A DNA stretch of 64,000 bases, taken from assembly GCA_963744995.1 (NCBI GenBank), contig CAVUWA010000009.1:352001-416000 (forward strand). The letters are read 5' to 3'. Positions 8,027-18,082 of the stretch are shown here, one piece after another. A program made the translations under genes and the position numbers. How positions within the stretch are numbered: position 1 is the first letter of the stretch; the number at the start of each line of letters is the position of its first letter. The notes below the pieces were generated by a model. That model was given only the letters and a program-made list of their open reading frames with translations, was not told the DNA's origin and did not search any database. The DNA is from Candidatus Eiseniibacteriota bacterium (GTDB taxonomy: Bacteria; Eisenbacteria; RBG-16-71-46).

Positions 8027-10090
8027 CTAGGCGGCCGCAGCCGGATGCCGTTCGGTGGCCTGCACGGCGCGCGAGCGGGTGGGGGCGGCGAGATACGCGG
8101 CCTGGGCGCGGGCACGCGCCACGTTGCTGAAGTAGCCGATCAGCGAACTCAGGTAGACGGCGATGGTCAGGCCCACGAGGATCGGCACCGGCAGGGCCGC
8201 CTCCGGCAGATGCAGACCGGACTCGTAGGGGAAGGGACCCGCGAAGCCGAGCCACAGACTGGCGAGCACCGCGGCGCAGGTCAGGGTCGCCAGCCCGGAA
8301 ATCATGCGGCGATAGAGGATCAGCCCGTAGCCCGGCAGCAGGGTGGCCAGCGCCGTGCGGCCGAGCCGGGTGATCCAGGCGTGCTGGCGCCGGTGCTGGG
8401 CGAGGAGCACCCGGCCGAACTCCTGGCTTTCGGCGCGCGCCTCGATCGCGGCGCAGTTCGGGCACAGCGCCCGTTCGCGCCGGCGCTCGGCGCAGCGCCG
8501 GCAGACCACGGCGCCGCAGTTGCTGCAGCGGCGCAGCGGAATGCCGTGGTTGAGGCGCACGCCGAGCATCAGCGCGAGGATGGTCAGGACGATCGCGGCG
8601 GCGCTGAACGGCCAGCCCGAGAATTCGATCCGCGAGCGCCAGAACGGCGGGAGCGAGGGCGCGAGATCGCCGCCGAGGCGTATCGGCGGCATCGCGTTCC
8701 ACATGGTCGCAGGCGAGAGCCACTGGTCCACGAGAGGCAGGTAGCCGTCATCCGTCTGCTGGCCCTGGAACGACTTGACCATGTCGAAGTCGAGGGCCGA
8801 CGCCCGTGAGAGATCCTCGGTGGCCTCGCGGAAGTCGAACTGCAGCGTCTTGAGCTGCGCCCGATTGAAGTGGGCCGCGGCATTCGCGGGATTCACCTGC
8901 AGCGCACGGTCGTAGGCGGCCACCGCGTCATCGGTACGTCCCTGCATCGCCAGCGTGTTGCCGAGATCGGTGAGCACCCGGTCGTCGCCCGGCCAGCGTT
9001 CCAGCGCGTGGCGGTAGGCCTGTTCCGCTTCGGCGAGGGCGCCGCCGCGGCGCGCGGTCCAGCCGAGGGCGAACTGCACGAAGCCGTCGTCGGGATGCGC
9101 GGCCGCGAGGGCTCGAAGCCGCTGGTGGGTGGACTCGCGATAGGGTGCCCTCTCGACCATGGAGATGCCGTAGTACGGCGCGCGGTTCTCGCGCAGCGGC
9201 GCCGCGAGGGTGTCGAGTGCGGACATCGTCAGCGGCGCGGTGCCGAGGAACAGCGCCAGCACCACGAAGACGAACCGCTCGTTGCGCCTGAGCAGCGGCC
9301 ACAGCAGGGCGAGCAGCAGCACCGTGGGCAGCACCGGACCGAAGCCGAGCAGGAACGGGAGGACCAGCAGGCCGGCGGCCCACCAGCGCGCGGTGGTCGG
9401 TGTCAGTCTCTGACCCAGCCGCTCGTGCCATGCATGGCGGAGTTCCGCCTGGTGCATGGCGAGAATCATGAAGCCGGCCACGATCAGGGCGATCAGCAGA
9501 GCCTGCAGACCGAGGTAGATCGAGTTGGCGGCGAGGCCGAGCTGCATCATGAAGCTCTTGCGGGCGATCTCCAGCACGACGGCGTAGTGGAGCAGCGCCT
9601 GGCTCGGGCTGCTGAGCAGCAGCCATGAGGCGAGGGTCAGATGCGGCGCGACGTACTGCGGATCGAGCTCGATGGCCCCGTAGACCAGACGCAGGGCTTC
9701 CTCGCGGTTGCCGGAGCGGTGCAGCAGCAGGCCGCGACGGTAGAAGAGCCGCGACTGGTAGGGCAACGCCTCGACGTGGCCGTGGAGGCGGTAGTCGATC
9801 CACGCGCTGAGGTCGTGGAGGTCGGAGGGCGGCTGCACCGCCTGCGCGGGCCGGGTGCCGGCGTTCGGCAGCAGCACGATGCCCGCCTCGACGAGCGGCC
9901 GGACCCCTGCCGAGTCGGCAGGCAGCGGCGCCTCCGGCGTGTCGCCGCGGGCCGGCGCGGATCCGGCGAGGCCGCAGGCGAGCACCAGCAGCAGGACGCG
10001 GGCGCCGCCGGCAAGCGGTGTCATCACGACCCGGCCGCGGGCCGTCCGTCCGGCAGTCTCGCGCTCCAAACGTCCCTGTGACATGCGCAT
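8027..10090 (-). CDS. Polytopic membrane protein with TPR repeats and a Cys-rich Zn-finger (start uncertain, possibly 10084 or 10024)
   Basis: Signal-like N-terminus, TPR helices (EAEQAYRHAL, VLTDLGNTLA, AVAAYDRALQVNP), several TM segments, CSNC-x4-CRRC-x9-CPNC. Confidence 0.75.
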   Translation of the reverse strand: MRMSQGRLERETAGRTARGRVVMTPLAGGARVLLLVLACGLAGSAPARGDTPEAPLPADSAGVRPLVEAGIVLLPNAGTRPAQAVQPPSDLHDLSAWIDYRLHGHVEALPYQSRLFYRRGLLLHRSGNREEALRLVYGAIELDPQYVAPHLTLASWLLLSSPSQALLHYAVVLEIARKSFMMQLGLAANSIYLGLQALLIALIVAGFMILAMHQAELRHAWHERLGQRLTPTTARWWAAGLLVLPFLLGFGPVLPTVLLLALLWPLLRRNERFVFVVLALFLGTAPLTMSALDTLAAPLRENRAPYYGISMVERAPYRESTHQRLRALAAAHPDDGFVQFALGWTARRGGALAEAEQAYRHALERWPGDDRVLTDLGNTLAMQGRTDDAVAAYDRALQVNPANAAAHFNRAQLKTLQFDFREATEDLSRASALDFDMVKSFQGQQTDDGYLPLVDQWLSPATMWNAMPPIRLGGDLAPSLPPFWRSRIEFSGWPFSAAAIVLTILALMLGVRLNHGIPLRRCSNCGAVVCRRCAERRRERALCPNCAAIEARAESQEFGRVLLAQHRRQHAWITRLGRTALATLLPGYGLILYRRMISGLATLTCAAVLASLWLGFAGPFPYESGLHLPEAALPVPILVGLTIAVYLSSLIGYFSNVARARAQAAYLAAPTRSRAVQATERHPAAAA

Positions 10091-10098
10091 GCGTTCCC

Positions 10099-10127
10099 TT
10101 GACAGTGGGTGGGGGCGACCCTAACGT
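10099..10127 (+). promoter_or_regulatory. Putative sigma70 promoter for asnS
   Basis: TTGACA-17 nt-TAACGT. Confidence 0.6.
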
Positions 10128-10258
10128 CCCTCCGGTTCGAAGGCGTTATCGGCGCTTCGTTCGCGGCCCTTCAGGCCTTTCCGGGGCCCGCCGCGCGCCG
10201 CCCGGGCGCCCGCTGCAAGTGTCCACCACCCGCCCTTCCTCGAGGAGTCCGCCCGTCC

Positions 10259-11578
10259 ATGAGCACCGAGTCCCTGTCCGGCACCGTTCCATGGATCCGC
10301 ATCGCCGAGGCCCCGGCCCACGTCGACCAGACCGTGGAGATTCGTGGCTGGGTCACGCACCGGCGCTCGAGCGGCAAGGTGCAGTTCCTGGTGGTGCGTG
10401 ACGGCAGCGGGCTGCTCCAGACCGTGGCCGGGGTCCGCGACGTCAGCGACGCGGACTGGGAGGCGCTGGCCTCCCTCAGCCAGGAGTCATCGGTCGTGAT
10501 CACCGGCGCGCTGCGCGCCGACCACCGGTCGCCGGGCGGCGTCGAGCTCGGCATCCGCTCGGTGCGGGTCGTCGGGCGCGCCGCGGAGTATCCGATCTCG
10601 CCGAAGGAGCACGGTGTCGACTTCCTCATGGATCACCGGCACCTGTGGCTGCGCTCGGCGCGCCAGCAGGCGATCCTCCGGATCCGCGCCGAACTGATCG
10701 CTGCGTTTCGCGATTTCATGGGCCGCGAAGGCTTCGTCCTGGTCGACGCGCCGATCTTCACCCCCAACGCCTGCGAAGGCACGACCACGCTGTTCGAGAC
10801 CGCGTACTTCGACCAGAAGGCCTACCTCACCCAGAGCGGACAGCTCTACGCCGAGGCCGCGGCGATGGCGTTCGGCAAGGTCTACTGCTTCGGCCCGGCG
10901 TTCCGCGCGGAGAAGAGCAAGACGCGCCGGCACCTGATCGAGTTCTGGATGATGGAACCGGAGTGGGCGTTCGCGACGCTCGAGGACGTGATCGCGCTCG
11001 AGGAACGGCTGCTCGAGTACGTCGTGGCACGGCTGCTGGAGGCGCGCGCCGAGGACTTCAAGGCGATCGAGCGCGACCCCGCGAAACTCGCGAACGTGCG
11101 CACGCCGTTCCCGCGCATCACCTACGACGAGGCCGTGCGCCGCCTGCACGAGGCCGGGGTCGACTTCGAGTGGGGCGGTGATTTCGGCGGGACCGATGAA
11201 ACCGTGCTGTCGGAGGCGTTCGACCGGCCGGTGTTCGTGACGCACTTCCCGGCCGCGGTGAAAGCGTTCTACATGGAGCCCGACCCGGAGGATGCGCGGC
11301 TGTGTCTGTCCGCCGACCTGCTCGCACCCGAGGGCTACGGTGAAATCGTGGGCGGCGGCCAGCGCATGGATTCGCTCGAGCTGCTCACCCGCCGCATCGA
11401 CGAGCACGGCCTGCCGCAGGAGGCGTTCGAGTGGTACAAGGACCTGCGTCGCTACGGCAGCGTGCCGCACTCGGGCTTCGGGATCGGGGTCGAACGCACG
11501 CTCGCCTGGATCGCCGGTCTCGACCACGTGCGCGAGACGATTCCGTTCCCGCGCATGCTCTACCGCCTGAACCCCTGA
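10259..11578 (+). CDS. asnS: Asparagine--tRNA ligase
   Basis: [67 protein letters not shown] at 10259 after GAGGAG. Confidence 0.96.
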   Translation: MSTESLSGTVPWIRIAEAPAHVDQTVEIRGWVTHRRSSGKVQFLVVRDGSGLLQTVAGVRDVSDADWEALASLSQESSVVITGALRADHRSPGGVELGIRSVRVVGRAAEYPISPKEHGVDFLMDHRHLWLRSARQQAILRIRAELIAAFRDFMGREGFVLVDAPIFTPNACEGTTTLFETAYFDQKAYLTQSGQLYAEAAAMAFGKVYCFGPAFRAEKSKTRRHLIEFWMMEPEWAFATLEDVIALEERLLEYVVARLLEARAEDFKAIERDPAKLANVRTPFPRITYDEAVRRLHEAGVDFEWGGDFGGTDETVLSEAFDRPVFVTHFPAAVKAFYMEPDPEDARLCLSADLLAPEGYGEIVGGGQRMDSLELLTRRIDEHGLPQEAFEWYKDLRRYGSVPHSGFGIGVERTLAWIAGLDHVRETIPFPRMLYRLNP

Positions 11579-11615
11579 GCCGTTTCGCGCGCGCCCGGGG
11601 AGCGGCGGGCCCCGC

Positions 11616-13130
11616 TCAGCGCACGCGCCGCCAGACGGCGAGGTCACCCCGCCCCGCCGGGGGCGTATAGGCGCGGGCATAGTGCGCCAGCAGCGAATCG
11701 CGCTCGGCGCCGCTGCGGAAGGGTGCACCCCGGCCCGCGAACGCCTCGTTGGACTGGAACACCGCGGGGCGTACCACCAGCCAGTCGGGTCGCTCGCGGA
11801 CGGCGATGTCGGCATACCAGCCCGGTCCGCCGCGGCGCCGCCGGGCGACCTCGGGCGAGACGAGACCGACTTCGTCCACCACCACCAGCGGAGCGCGGTA
11901 GCCGATCATCCCGATCGGCTCCAGCATCACCTTCTGGCCGGGTTGCGCCGCGCCCTCGAGGAACGTCGCGACGCCGCCGAACGAGTTGAGCTCGTTCTGG
12001 GCGCGGCCCACGTACAGGACCCGCGCGACCGACCACGAGCCGAGCACGAACAGCGCGCACGAGATCAGCACCGCCCGGCCGCGCAGGAGGTCGGGGAGCC
12101 CGACGGCGGCGACGAGCACCACCCCTGCGAGCGGGACGATCATGTACCAGTAGAAGTAGGCGACACCGAGCAGCGCATAGCCCGCCCACACCACGAGCAT
12201 GCCGAGGGCGGCGAGCGCGAGACCGGAGTGCCTCGCGCGCCACAGGCGCACGAGACCGAAGACCAGCCCCGGCGCGACGAGCACGGCGAGCGGCAGCATC
12301 ATGCTGCCCTCCCCGGTGACCGGCCAGCGGCCGAGCGCCATGGGGAGGACCCACTCCCACCAGTGCCGGCCGAGCCAGGGCCCCGGCGTACCGTAGAGGG
12401 TGGATTTGGCGATCACGCTCTGCGGCAGCGGTGAGCCGTAGTAGACCGTGAGCAGGAGCAGCGCCGGCACGACGATCGCGGCAGCGATCACGCGGGCGCG
12501 CGGGCGGGCGCGCACGGCCATGATCGCGGCGACCACCAGGCCCTCGGGCCGGGTGAGCGCGAGCCCCGCGAGCAGCGGCCCCGCGAGGCCGCGGCGCGAG
12601 TCGATGGCCCACGCGGCGGTGAGAATCAGCGCGAGCATGACGCTGTTCTCCATGCCGGACATGGCGACGGCGGCGCAGAAGGGCCACGCGGCGAAGAACA
12701 CGCCGAAGATCCACGCGGCGGTGTTCGACGCGTGCCGCCTGAGCAGCACGACGGCCGCCGCGAGCGCGATGGCGTCGGTGACCATCACCGTGGCCCGCGA
12801 CCAGAACACCGGATCGTGCAGCAGGAAGGCCCCCGCGACGTTCCATACCACCCACAGCGGGGAGGTGAAGCCCATCACGTGCTCGCCCGGATTGAAGACC
12901 AGGCCGAGCCCGGCGGCCGCATTCCGCGCGTAACGGAAGGTGATGTATGCATCCTCGGAGGCCACCGGGATCGCGAGCCATGCGATCGTCCGGGCCGCGA
13001 TCAGCAGCAGCAGCGGGATCAGAAAGGGCTCGCGCGGGTCGAGCAGCGTGCCGAGGGCGTGGCCGGCGCCCGTCCGCCGCGGGGGCACGGTGGAGGGGGT
13101 GACGCGCGCACGCCCTTCACGTCGCTTCAA
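11616..13130 (-). CDS. Integral membrane glycosyltransferase, GT-C/AftB-like (start approximate)
   Basis: EDAYITFRYARN...GLVFNPGEHVMGFTSPLW, SGMEN, LTRPEG motifs; many TM helices; C-terminal soluble domain; TTG at 13130 with GGAG upstream. Confidence 0.7.
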   Translation of the reverse strand: MKRREGRARVTPSTVPPRRTGAGHALGTLLDPREPFLIPLLLLIAARTIAWLAIPVASEDAYITFRYARNAAAGLGLVFNPGEHVMGFTSPLWVVWNVAGAFLLHDPVFWSRATVMVTDAIALAAAVVLLRRHASNTAAWIFGVFFAAWPFCAAVAMSGMENSVMLALILTAAWAIDSRRGLAGPLLAGLALTRPEGLVVAAIMAVRARPRARVIAAAIVVPALLLLTVYYGSPLPQSVIAKSTLYGTPGPWLGRHWWEWVLPMALGRWPVTGEGSMMLPLAVLVAPGLVFGLVRLWRARHSGLALAALGMLVVWAGYALLGVAYFYWYMIVPLAGVVLVAAVGLPDLLRGRAVLISCALFVLGSWSVARVLYVGRAQNELNSFGGVATFLEGAAQPGQKVMLEPIGMIGYRAPLVVVDEVGLVSPEVARRRRGGPGWYADIAVRERPDWLVVRPAVFQSNEAFAGRGAPFRSGAERDSLLAHYARAYTPPAGRGDLAVWRRVR

Positions 13131-13147
13131 GCGCAACTCCGGATGGA

Positions 13148-13182
13148 GCGGCGCGGGCCGCCCGGAGGCCGGCCCGCGCCGC
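13148..13182. repeat. Perfect 13-bp inverted repeat (hairpin)
   Basis: GCGGCGCGGGCCG (13148-60) / CGGCCCGCGCCGC (13170-82), 9-nt loop, no U-tract. Confidence 0.6.
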
Positions 13183-13205
13183 GTGGCCACGCAGAATGAA
13201 GAAAA

Positions 13206-13296
13206 GGGGAGTCCTTGAACCCCAGCGAGAGGTTCGGTCGTACGCTTCATACAGGTGCGGTGCGGGTTGCGTCGCGAACGAGCGAAGGGACTCCCC
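13206..13296. ncRNA. Candidate structured RNA element of unknown class
   Basis: GGGGAGTCC (13206-14) pairs with GGACTCCCC (13288-96), enclosing a GAACC/GGTTC hairpin and further stems; followed by TTTTCTT on the minus strand. Confidence 0.3.
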
Positions 13297-13378
13297 AAGC
13301 TCGTCGAGCGGGTGCGCATGACGCGCCCGGCAAGGGTAGCGGGCGACCCGCGGGCCCGCAAGGACGGCCGTCACATCC

Positions 13379-13495
13379 TTGACACCACCCGGCCCCGTCC
13401 TTAGCTTCGCGCGGTGCGAGCACGTCCTCCCATCGCCCCCCGCCGCCGCCTGCCGCGTTCATCGGTTGACAGCCGCAGGGGACCATTCCTAGAAT
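13379..13495 (+). promoter_or_regulatory. Two tandem sigma70-like promoters for the PstS-like/TonB operon
   Basis: TTGACA-17-TAGCTT (13379-13407) and TTGACA-18-TAGAAT (13466-13495). Confidence 0.65.
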
Positions 13496-13539
13496 TTGGT
13501 CACTTCGTTGTACCGGCGTCCGGCGCACGCCTTTCCGGC

Positions 13540-14448
13540 GTGGTTCTGGGTGCCCTGCTCGCCTGCGTGGTCCTCACCACGTGGGGGTGCGCTCCCCGGA
13601 GCGGATCCGGGCCCCCGGAAGATTCCCTCACTGCCGGGCGTATTACCGTCGTGTGTGTTCCGGATGCGATGGGCCTGATGGAGCGGGAGGTCCGCGCGTT
13701 CAAGGCGCTCTATCCCGATGGCACCATTGCGATTCGATCCGGAACCTCGCGTGATGCGGTGAGTGCGCTCTTCGCGGCCGACGCCGACCTGGCGGTGGTG
13801 GCGCGGGAGCTCGAACCGGAGGAACGGGATGCCGCCACGGCGGCGAAGCTGGACGTGCAGGGTTATCGATATGCAAGGGATGCGCTGGTTCTGGTCGTCC
13901 ATCCGGACAACCCGGTGGAAAACGTCTCCCGCGAGGACCTGGTCCGCATCTATCGAGGTGACATGAAGAACTGGAAGGACATCGGCGGGAAGGACATGGC
14001 GATCGTTCCGGTCGTGCAGCCGCCGGAGACCGATCTCAGCCACTTCCTGAACGACGCGGTCCTCGGCGGCGAGGCGCCGTCGGTGCGTGCACTGACCGAG
14101 GCCGGGGATTCGGCAGTCGTCGCGAAGGTGATGAGCGAGCCGGGCGCGATCGGGTATGTGTCGCTGGGCGGCGCCGCGCGCGGGGCGAAGCCCCTCCGCG
14201 TCGCGGCGCTCACCGGACTGTCGTACTGGAAGCCGGATCTCGAGGCGGTCTACAAGGGAGACTATCCGCTGACCCGATTTCAGAATTTCTTCGTGCGGGC
14301 CGACGGCGCGCGGCTGGCGCACGGGTTCATCACTTTCGTGACCAGCGCGGAGGGGCAGCGTCTCGTGCACGAGGCCGGCCTCGTTCCGACCACCGTTCCA
14401 GTCCGTTTCGTTCGACGCTCTCCGATGCGAGGCACCCACGAGAAGTGA
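13540..14448 (+). CDS. PstS-like periplasmic binding protein (PBP domain), probable lipoprotein
   Basis: Hydrophobic leader ending TWG-C; ARDALVLVVHPDNPV, IYRG..KNWKDIGG, PGAIGYVS, YPLTR motifs; start placed downstream of the promoters (approximate). Confidence 0.75.
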   Translation: MVLGALLACVVLTTWGCAPRSGSGPPEDSLTAGRITVVCVPDAMGLMEREVRAFKALYPDGTIAIRSGTSRDAVSALFAADADLAVVARELEPEERDAATAAKLDVQGYRYARDALVLVVHPDNPVENVSREDLVRIYRGDMKNWKDIGGKDMAIVPVVQPPETDLSHFLNDAVLGGEAPSVRALTEAGDSAVVAKVMSEPGAIGYVSLGGAARGAKPLRVAALTGLSYWKPDLEAVYKGDYPLTRFQNFFVRADGARLAHGFITFVTSAEGQRLVHEAGLVPTTVPVRFVRRSPMRGTHEK

Positions 14449-14467
14449 GGGGAGAACCACCACACTC

Positions 14468-16240
14468 ATGAGATCCTTCACGCTGAAATACCGGATCGTG
14501 CTCCCTGTCGTGCTGATCGCCGGCCTCGTCGCCGGGGTGGCGCACGCGGACGATCTCAAGGATGGCCGCCGTCTGCTGGATGCGGGGAAGCTGGATCAGG
14601 CATTTGCGGCGTTCGAGAAGGCCGCGAGCCAGGGCAAGGCCGAAGGCCAGGTCGGCATGGGCGACGTGCGCCTCAAGCAGGGACGGTACGACGAAGCGCT
14701 CACGGCCTACAAGGCGGCGCGGGCGCTCGACGGAGCGCTGGCCGCGTCGTACTACGGCGAGGGCGAGGTCTACCAGCGTCAGGACGACTGCGCGAAGGCG
14801 GTACCGCTGTTCCGCAAGGCCACCGAGCTCGATCGCAAGTATCCGGAGGCGGAACTGGCGCTCGGCCGCTGCCTGATCGCGCTCGAGCAGCACAAGGAGG
14901 CCACCGAGGCGCTGTCCGAAGGGCTCAAGTGGGGTCCCGACTGGCGGCCGAAGTTCCTCGTCGCGCTCGGCGACGCCGAACTCGAGCGCGATTCGCTGCG
15001 CGACGCCGGCGTGTATTACACGCGTGCCCGCGAGGAGGCGCCGAACGATCCGACCCCGCACGCGGCGCTCGGCCACTTCTACCTGGCGCGTGGCATTCCG
15101 GCGCTGGCGATCCCTGAATACCAGGCCGCGGTGGACCTCGACAGCTCGAGCGTCGAGTTCCGCCACGGGCTCGGCGAGGCGCTGTACGGCGCCGAGCGCT
15201 ACAGCGACGCTTTGCGCGAGTTCGAATGGGTGGCGGAGCGCGATCCGAACTACGCACCGGGCCAGCTCTCGCTCGGCAATCTGTACTACCGCTCGGGCCC
15301 GGCCGATCCGAAGCGCTATCAGGATGCGCGCGCCCCGCTCGAGAACTACGTCCGGCTGAAGCCGCGCGACCCCAAGGGCTGGAGCCTGCTCGGCCGCGAT
15401 CTGTTCTATCTCGACGAGAAGGACAAGGCGTACGACGCGCTGCAGAAGGCGATCGACCTCGGCGAGAAGAGCAAGGAGACGTTCACGGTCATGGGGCGCC
15501 TCCACACCGAGCGCAAGGAATGGGATCAGGCGATCGCCTCGTTCAAGAAGGGCGACCCGGAGGACCGGGATCTGCTGATCATGGGCCAGATCTACGTGAT
15601 CCAGGGGAAACCGGAGCGGGCGGAATCGCTGTATGTGTCGATCTTCGAGGCGGATTCCACGCGGCGCGTCGCCTGGTTCGCGATGAATCAGCTCGGCAAG
15701 CTCCGCTTCACGCAGAAGGACTATCCGGCGGCGATTGCGGCGTTCGAACGGCGAATCAGGCTTGACCCGAATAGTGGCGAGGCTTACTACTATATCGGCT
15801 TGTCTTACAAGGAGATGAAACAGTATCCTGAGGCGCTCGACGCCCTGCGCCGGGCGGCGGAGCTGGAGCCGGACAAGCCGGATCGTCAGTTCTGGCTCGG
15901 CATCATGTACGCACAGCTCGACTCGACCGATCAGTCATGCGAGGCTTTCGCACGCTCGGTCGAGAAGGATTCGACGAGTGCCACGGCGGCGGTGGCCTTC
16001 CGGCAGCTCGGTTTCTGTGCTCTGCTGGGGAAGAAGTATTCGGAAGCCATCCGCTTGCTCGAGCGGGCGGTGGAATTGAACGAGAGCGACGTTCAGGCGT
16101 GGGTCTGGCTGGCCCAGGGCTATCAGAATGCGGGGAACCGCAGTAAGGCGCTCGACGGCTACGAGCGGGCGCTGCAGTTGGACCCGCATCAGCCCGACGC
16201 ATTGAAGGGCAGACAGATGCTCACGGGAGGAGGACGATGA
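14468..16240 (+). CDS. Secreted/periplasmic all-TPR protein
   Basis: Signal peptide ending AHA-D; TPR repeats along the whole 590 aa. Confidence 0.85.
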   Translation: MRSFTLKYRIVLPVVLIAGLVAGVAHADDLKDGRRLLDAGKLDQAFAAFEKAASQGKAEGQVGMGDVRLKQGRYDEALTAYKAARALDGALAASYYGEGEVYQRQDDCAKAVPLFRKATELDRKYPEAELALGRCLIALEQHKEATEALSEGLKWGPDWRPKFLVALGDAELERDSLRDAGVYYTRAREEAPNDPTPHAALGHFYLARGIPALAIPEYQAAVDLDSSSVEFRHGLGEALYGAERYSDALREFEWVAERDPNYAPGQLSLGNLYYRSGPADPKRYQDARAPLENYVRLKPRDPKGWSLLGRDLFYLDEKDKAYDALQKAIDLGEKSKETFTVMGRLHTERKEWDQAIASFKKGDPEDRDLLIMGQIYVIQGKPERAESLYVSIFEADSTRRVAWFAMNQLGKLRFTQKDYPAAIAAFERRIRLDPNSGEAYYYIGLSYKEMKQYPEALDALRRAAELEPDKPDRQFWLGIMYAQLDSTDQSCEAFARSVEKDSTSATAAVAFRQLGFCALLGKKYSEAIRLLERAVELNESDVQAWVWLAQGYQNAGNRSKALDGYERALQLDPHQPDALKGRQMLTGGGR

Positions 16241-16584
16241 AGACACGGCAGGTGGGCGACATCACGATCCTGGCGCCGAAGGGGTACCTGACCGGTGGCG
16301 AGGAGACCGACGAACTCGAACAGTCCATCAAGGCCCTGGGCGAGGCCGGCAACAAGCAGCTGATCATCAACCTGGGCGAGACCCAGCACCTGAACTCGAC
16401 GGCGTTGGGAGTGCTGATCTCCGCGCATTCGAATTACGTCCGCCGGGGCGGGCAGATGAAGCTGTGCTCGGTGGACAAGCGCATCGAGAACATCTTCGTG
16501 ATCACCAAGCTCTCGCTCGTCTTCGACGTCTACGCCAACGAGGAGCAGGCCATCGCGAGCTTCTCGAAGAAGGAATCGGTCTGA
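16237..16584 (+). CDS. STAS domain protein (anti-sigma factor antagonist)
   Basis: LIINLGETQHLNSTALGVLIS...GGQMKLC...IFVITKL pattern; ATGA overlap with the TPR gene. Confidence 0.88.
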   Translation: MKTRQVGDITILAPKGYLTGGEETDELEQSIKALGEAGNKQLIINLGETQHLNSTALGVLISAHSNYVRRGGQMKLCSVDKRIENIFVITKLSLVFDVYANEEQAIASFSKKESV

Positions 16585-16841
16585 GGATTTGAGGCGGCGT
16601 TCCGGCGCACGGCGCCGGGGGCGCCGTTCGAGCAGCACCCGCCGCCGCGGGAACCATCGCGCCGGCGGCCGGAGCGACGGTCCCGGTGTCCGGGCGGGTC
16701 CGTCGCAGGACATCCAGAGGGGGACCCGGCTGCTCGGAACGGGCAGCGACTCGGGATTCCAAGGGGCGAATTCGCCCACCACACGACCCTGTTGGAGCGG
16801 CCCACCCGCCGCCTCCGGCGGGCAAGGAGGATCTGCAGCAA

Positions 16842-17585
16842 ATGAGTCGCTTTCTCGTACCCATCGGCTTCGTGCTCGCCGCCGCCGTGTCGTTCGCGAT
16901 CTGGTTCACGCTTCCGAAGACACTCGGCCAGCTCGGTCACATGATGTTCGAGGCGGGTCCGCTGGTGGCCATCCTCTTCCTGCTCATCATCCTCCTCATC
17001 GCATTCATCGTGGAGCGGCTCTGGAGCCTGCGTAAGGCACAGGGCACCGGCCCGCTGCCCGCGTTCCTCAACGCGGTCCGCAAGCAGCTGCACACCGGCA
17101 ACGTGGATGGCGCCATCCAGGCCTGCGCCAAGCAGCGCGGCTCGGCGGCGAACGTGATCCGCGCCGGACTCGAGCGCTATCAGATGGCGCGCACCGAGGG
17201 CTATCCCAAGGAGAAGGTCGTGGCCGAGACGCAGGCGGCGATCCAGGAGGCCAACGGCCTCGAAGTGCCGCTCCTCGAGCGCAATCTGGTCGCCCTCTCG
17301 ACCATCGCCTCGATCGGCACCATGGTGGGTCTGCTCGGCACCACGGTGGGCATGATCCGCGCTTTCCAGGCTCTGGGGCAGACCGGCGCCGTGGACGCGC
17401 AGAAGCTGTCGGTCGGTATTTCGGAGGCGCTGGTCAACACCGCCCTCGGCCTGTTCACGGCCATTACCGGCATCGTGTCGTACAACGTCTTCACCACCAA
17501 GGTCGACAACTTCAACTACATGATGGATGAAGCGTCGTACGAGGCCATCCAGCTGCTGTCGGCGGGCGTGGCGGAAAAGAAGTAG
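16842..17585 (+). CDS. exbB: MotA/TolQ/ExbB proton channel protein
   Basis: LSTIASIGTMVGLLGTTVGMIRAF, GISEALVNTALGL; AGGAGG upstream of ATG 16842. Confidence 0.88.
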   Translation: MSRFLVPIGFVLAAAVSFAIWFTLPKTLGQLGHMMFEAGPLVAILFLLIILLIAFIVERLWSLRKAQGTGPLPAFLNAVRKQLHTGNVDGAIQACAKQRGSAANVIRAGLERYQMARTEGYPKEKVVAETQAAIQEANGLEVPLLERNLVALSTIASIGTMVGLLGTTVGMIRAFQALGQTGAVDAQKLSVGISEALVNTALGLFTAITGIVSYNVFTTKVDNFNYMMDEASYEAIQLLSAGVAEKK

Positions 17586-17597
17586 GGGGCTGATTCG

Positions 17598-18059
17598 ATG
17601 AAGAAGCCGAAACGAGTCGGCATCAGCATCGACATGACGCCGTTCGTGGACATTGCGTTCCTGCTGCTGATCTTCTTCATGTCCACGACCGTCTTCAAGC
17701 CGCCGGAGGAAGAGGCGATCGTGCTGCCGGAGTCGCATTCCGAGGCGAAAGCCCCGGAGTCGGGCGTCATCACGATCGCGGTGTCGAAGCAGCCCGTGGT
17801 CCACGTCACCTGGCGCAAATCGGGGCAGGAGATCGACCACGTCGCCGACCCGGCGGATCTGAAGAACGATCTCAGCCTTGCGCTTCGCAACGCGCGCTCC
17901 GACTTGCCGAGCGCCCGCGTCATCGTGAAGATGGACAAGGATGCCCCTTACGGCGTGATGGCCGACATGATGTCGGCGCTCCAGCAGGCGAAGGCGCCAC
18001 GCTTCAACGTTCAGACCGAGCTGGCCGCGGACGCGAAGTCGTTCCGCGCCGCCCAGTGA
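17598..18059 (+). CDS. exbD: ExbD/TolR family protein 1
   Basis: IDMTPFVDIAFLLLIFFM TM with conserved Asp; KMDKDAPYG. Confidence 0.88.
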   Translation: MKKPKRVGISIDMTPFVDIAFLLLIFFMSTTVFKPPEEEAIVLPESHSEAKAPESGVITIAVSKQPVVHVTWRKSGQEIDHVADPADLKNDLSLALRNARSDLPSARVIVKMDKDAPYGVMADMMSALQQAKAPRFNVQTELAADAKSFRAAQ

Positions 18060-18082
18060 TCGCGCCGAGGAGGTGAGGGACT

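Noticed and set aside
13206..13296. tRNA or tRNA-Sec (cloverleaf-like, about 91 nt)
   Set aside because: No TTCGA T-loop at the correct 3' position and no canonical D-arm or anticodon arm.
13540..14448. Canonical pstS phosphate uptake operon
   Set aside because: No pstC, pstA, pstB or phoU nearby, and the usual GS(S/T)T and SGT phosphate-binding motifs are not evident.
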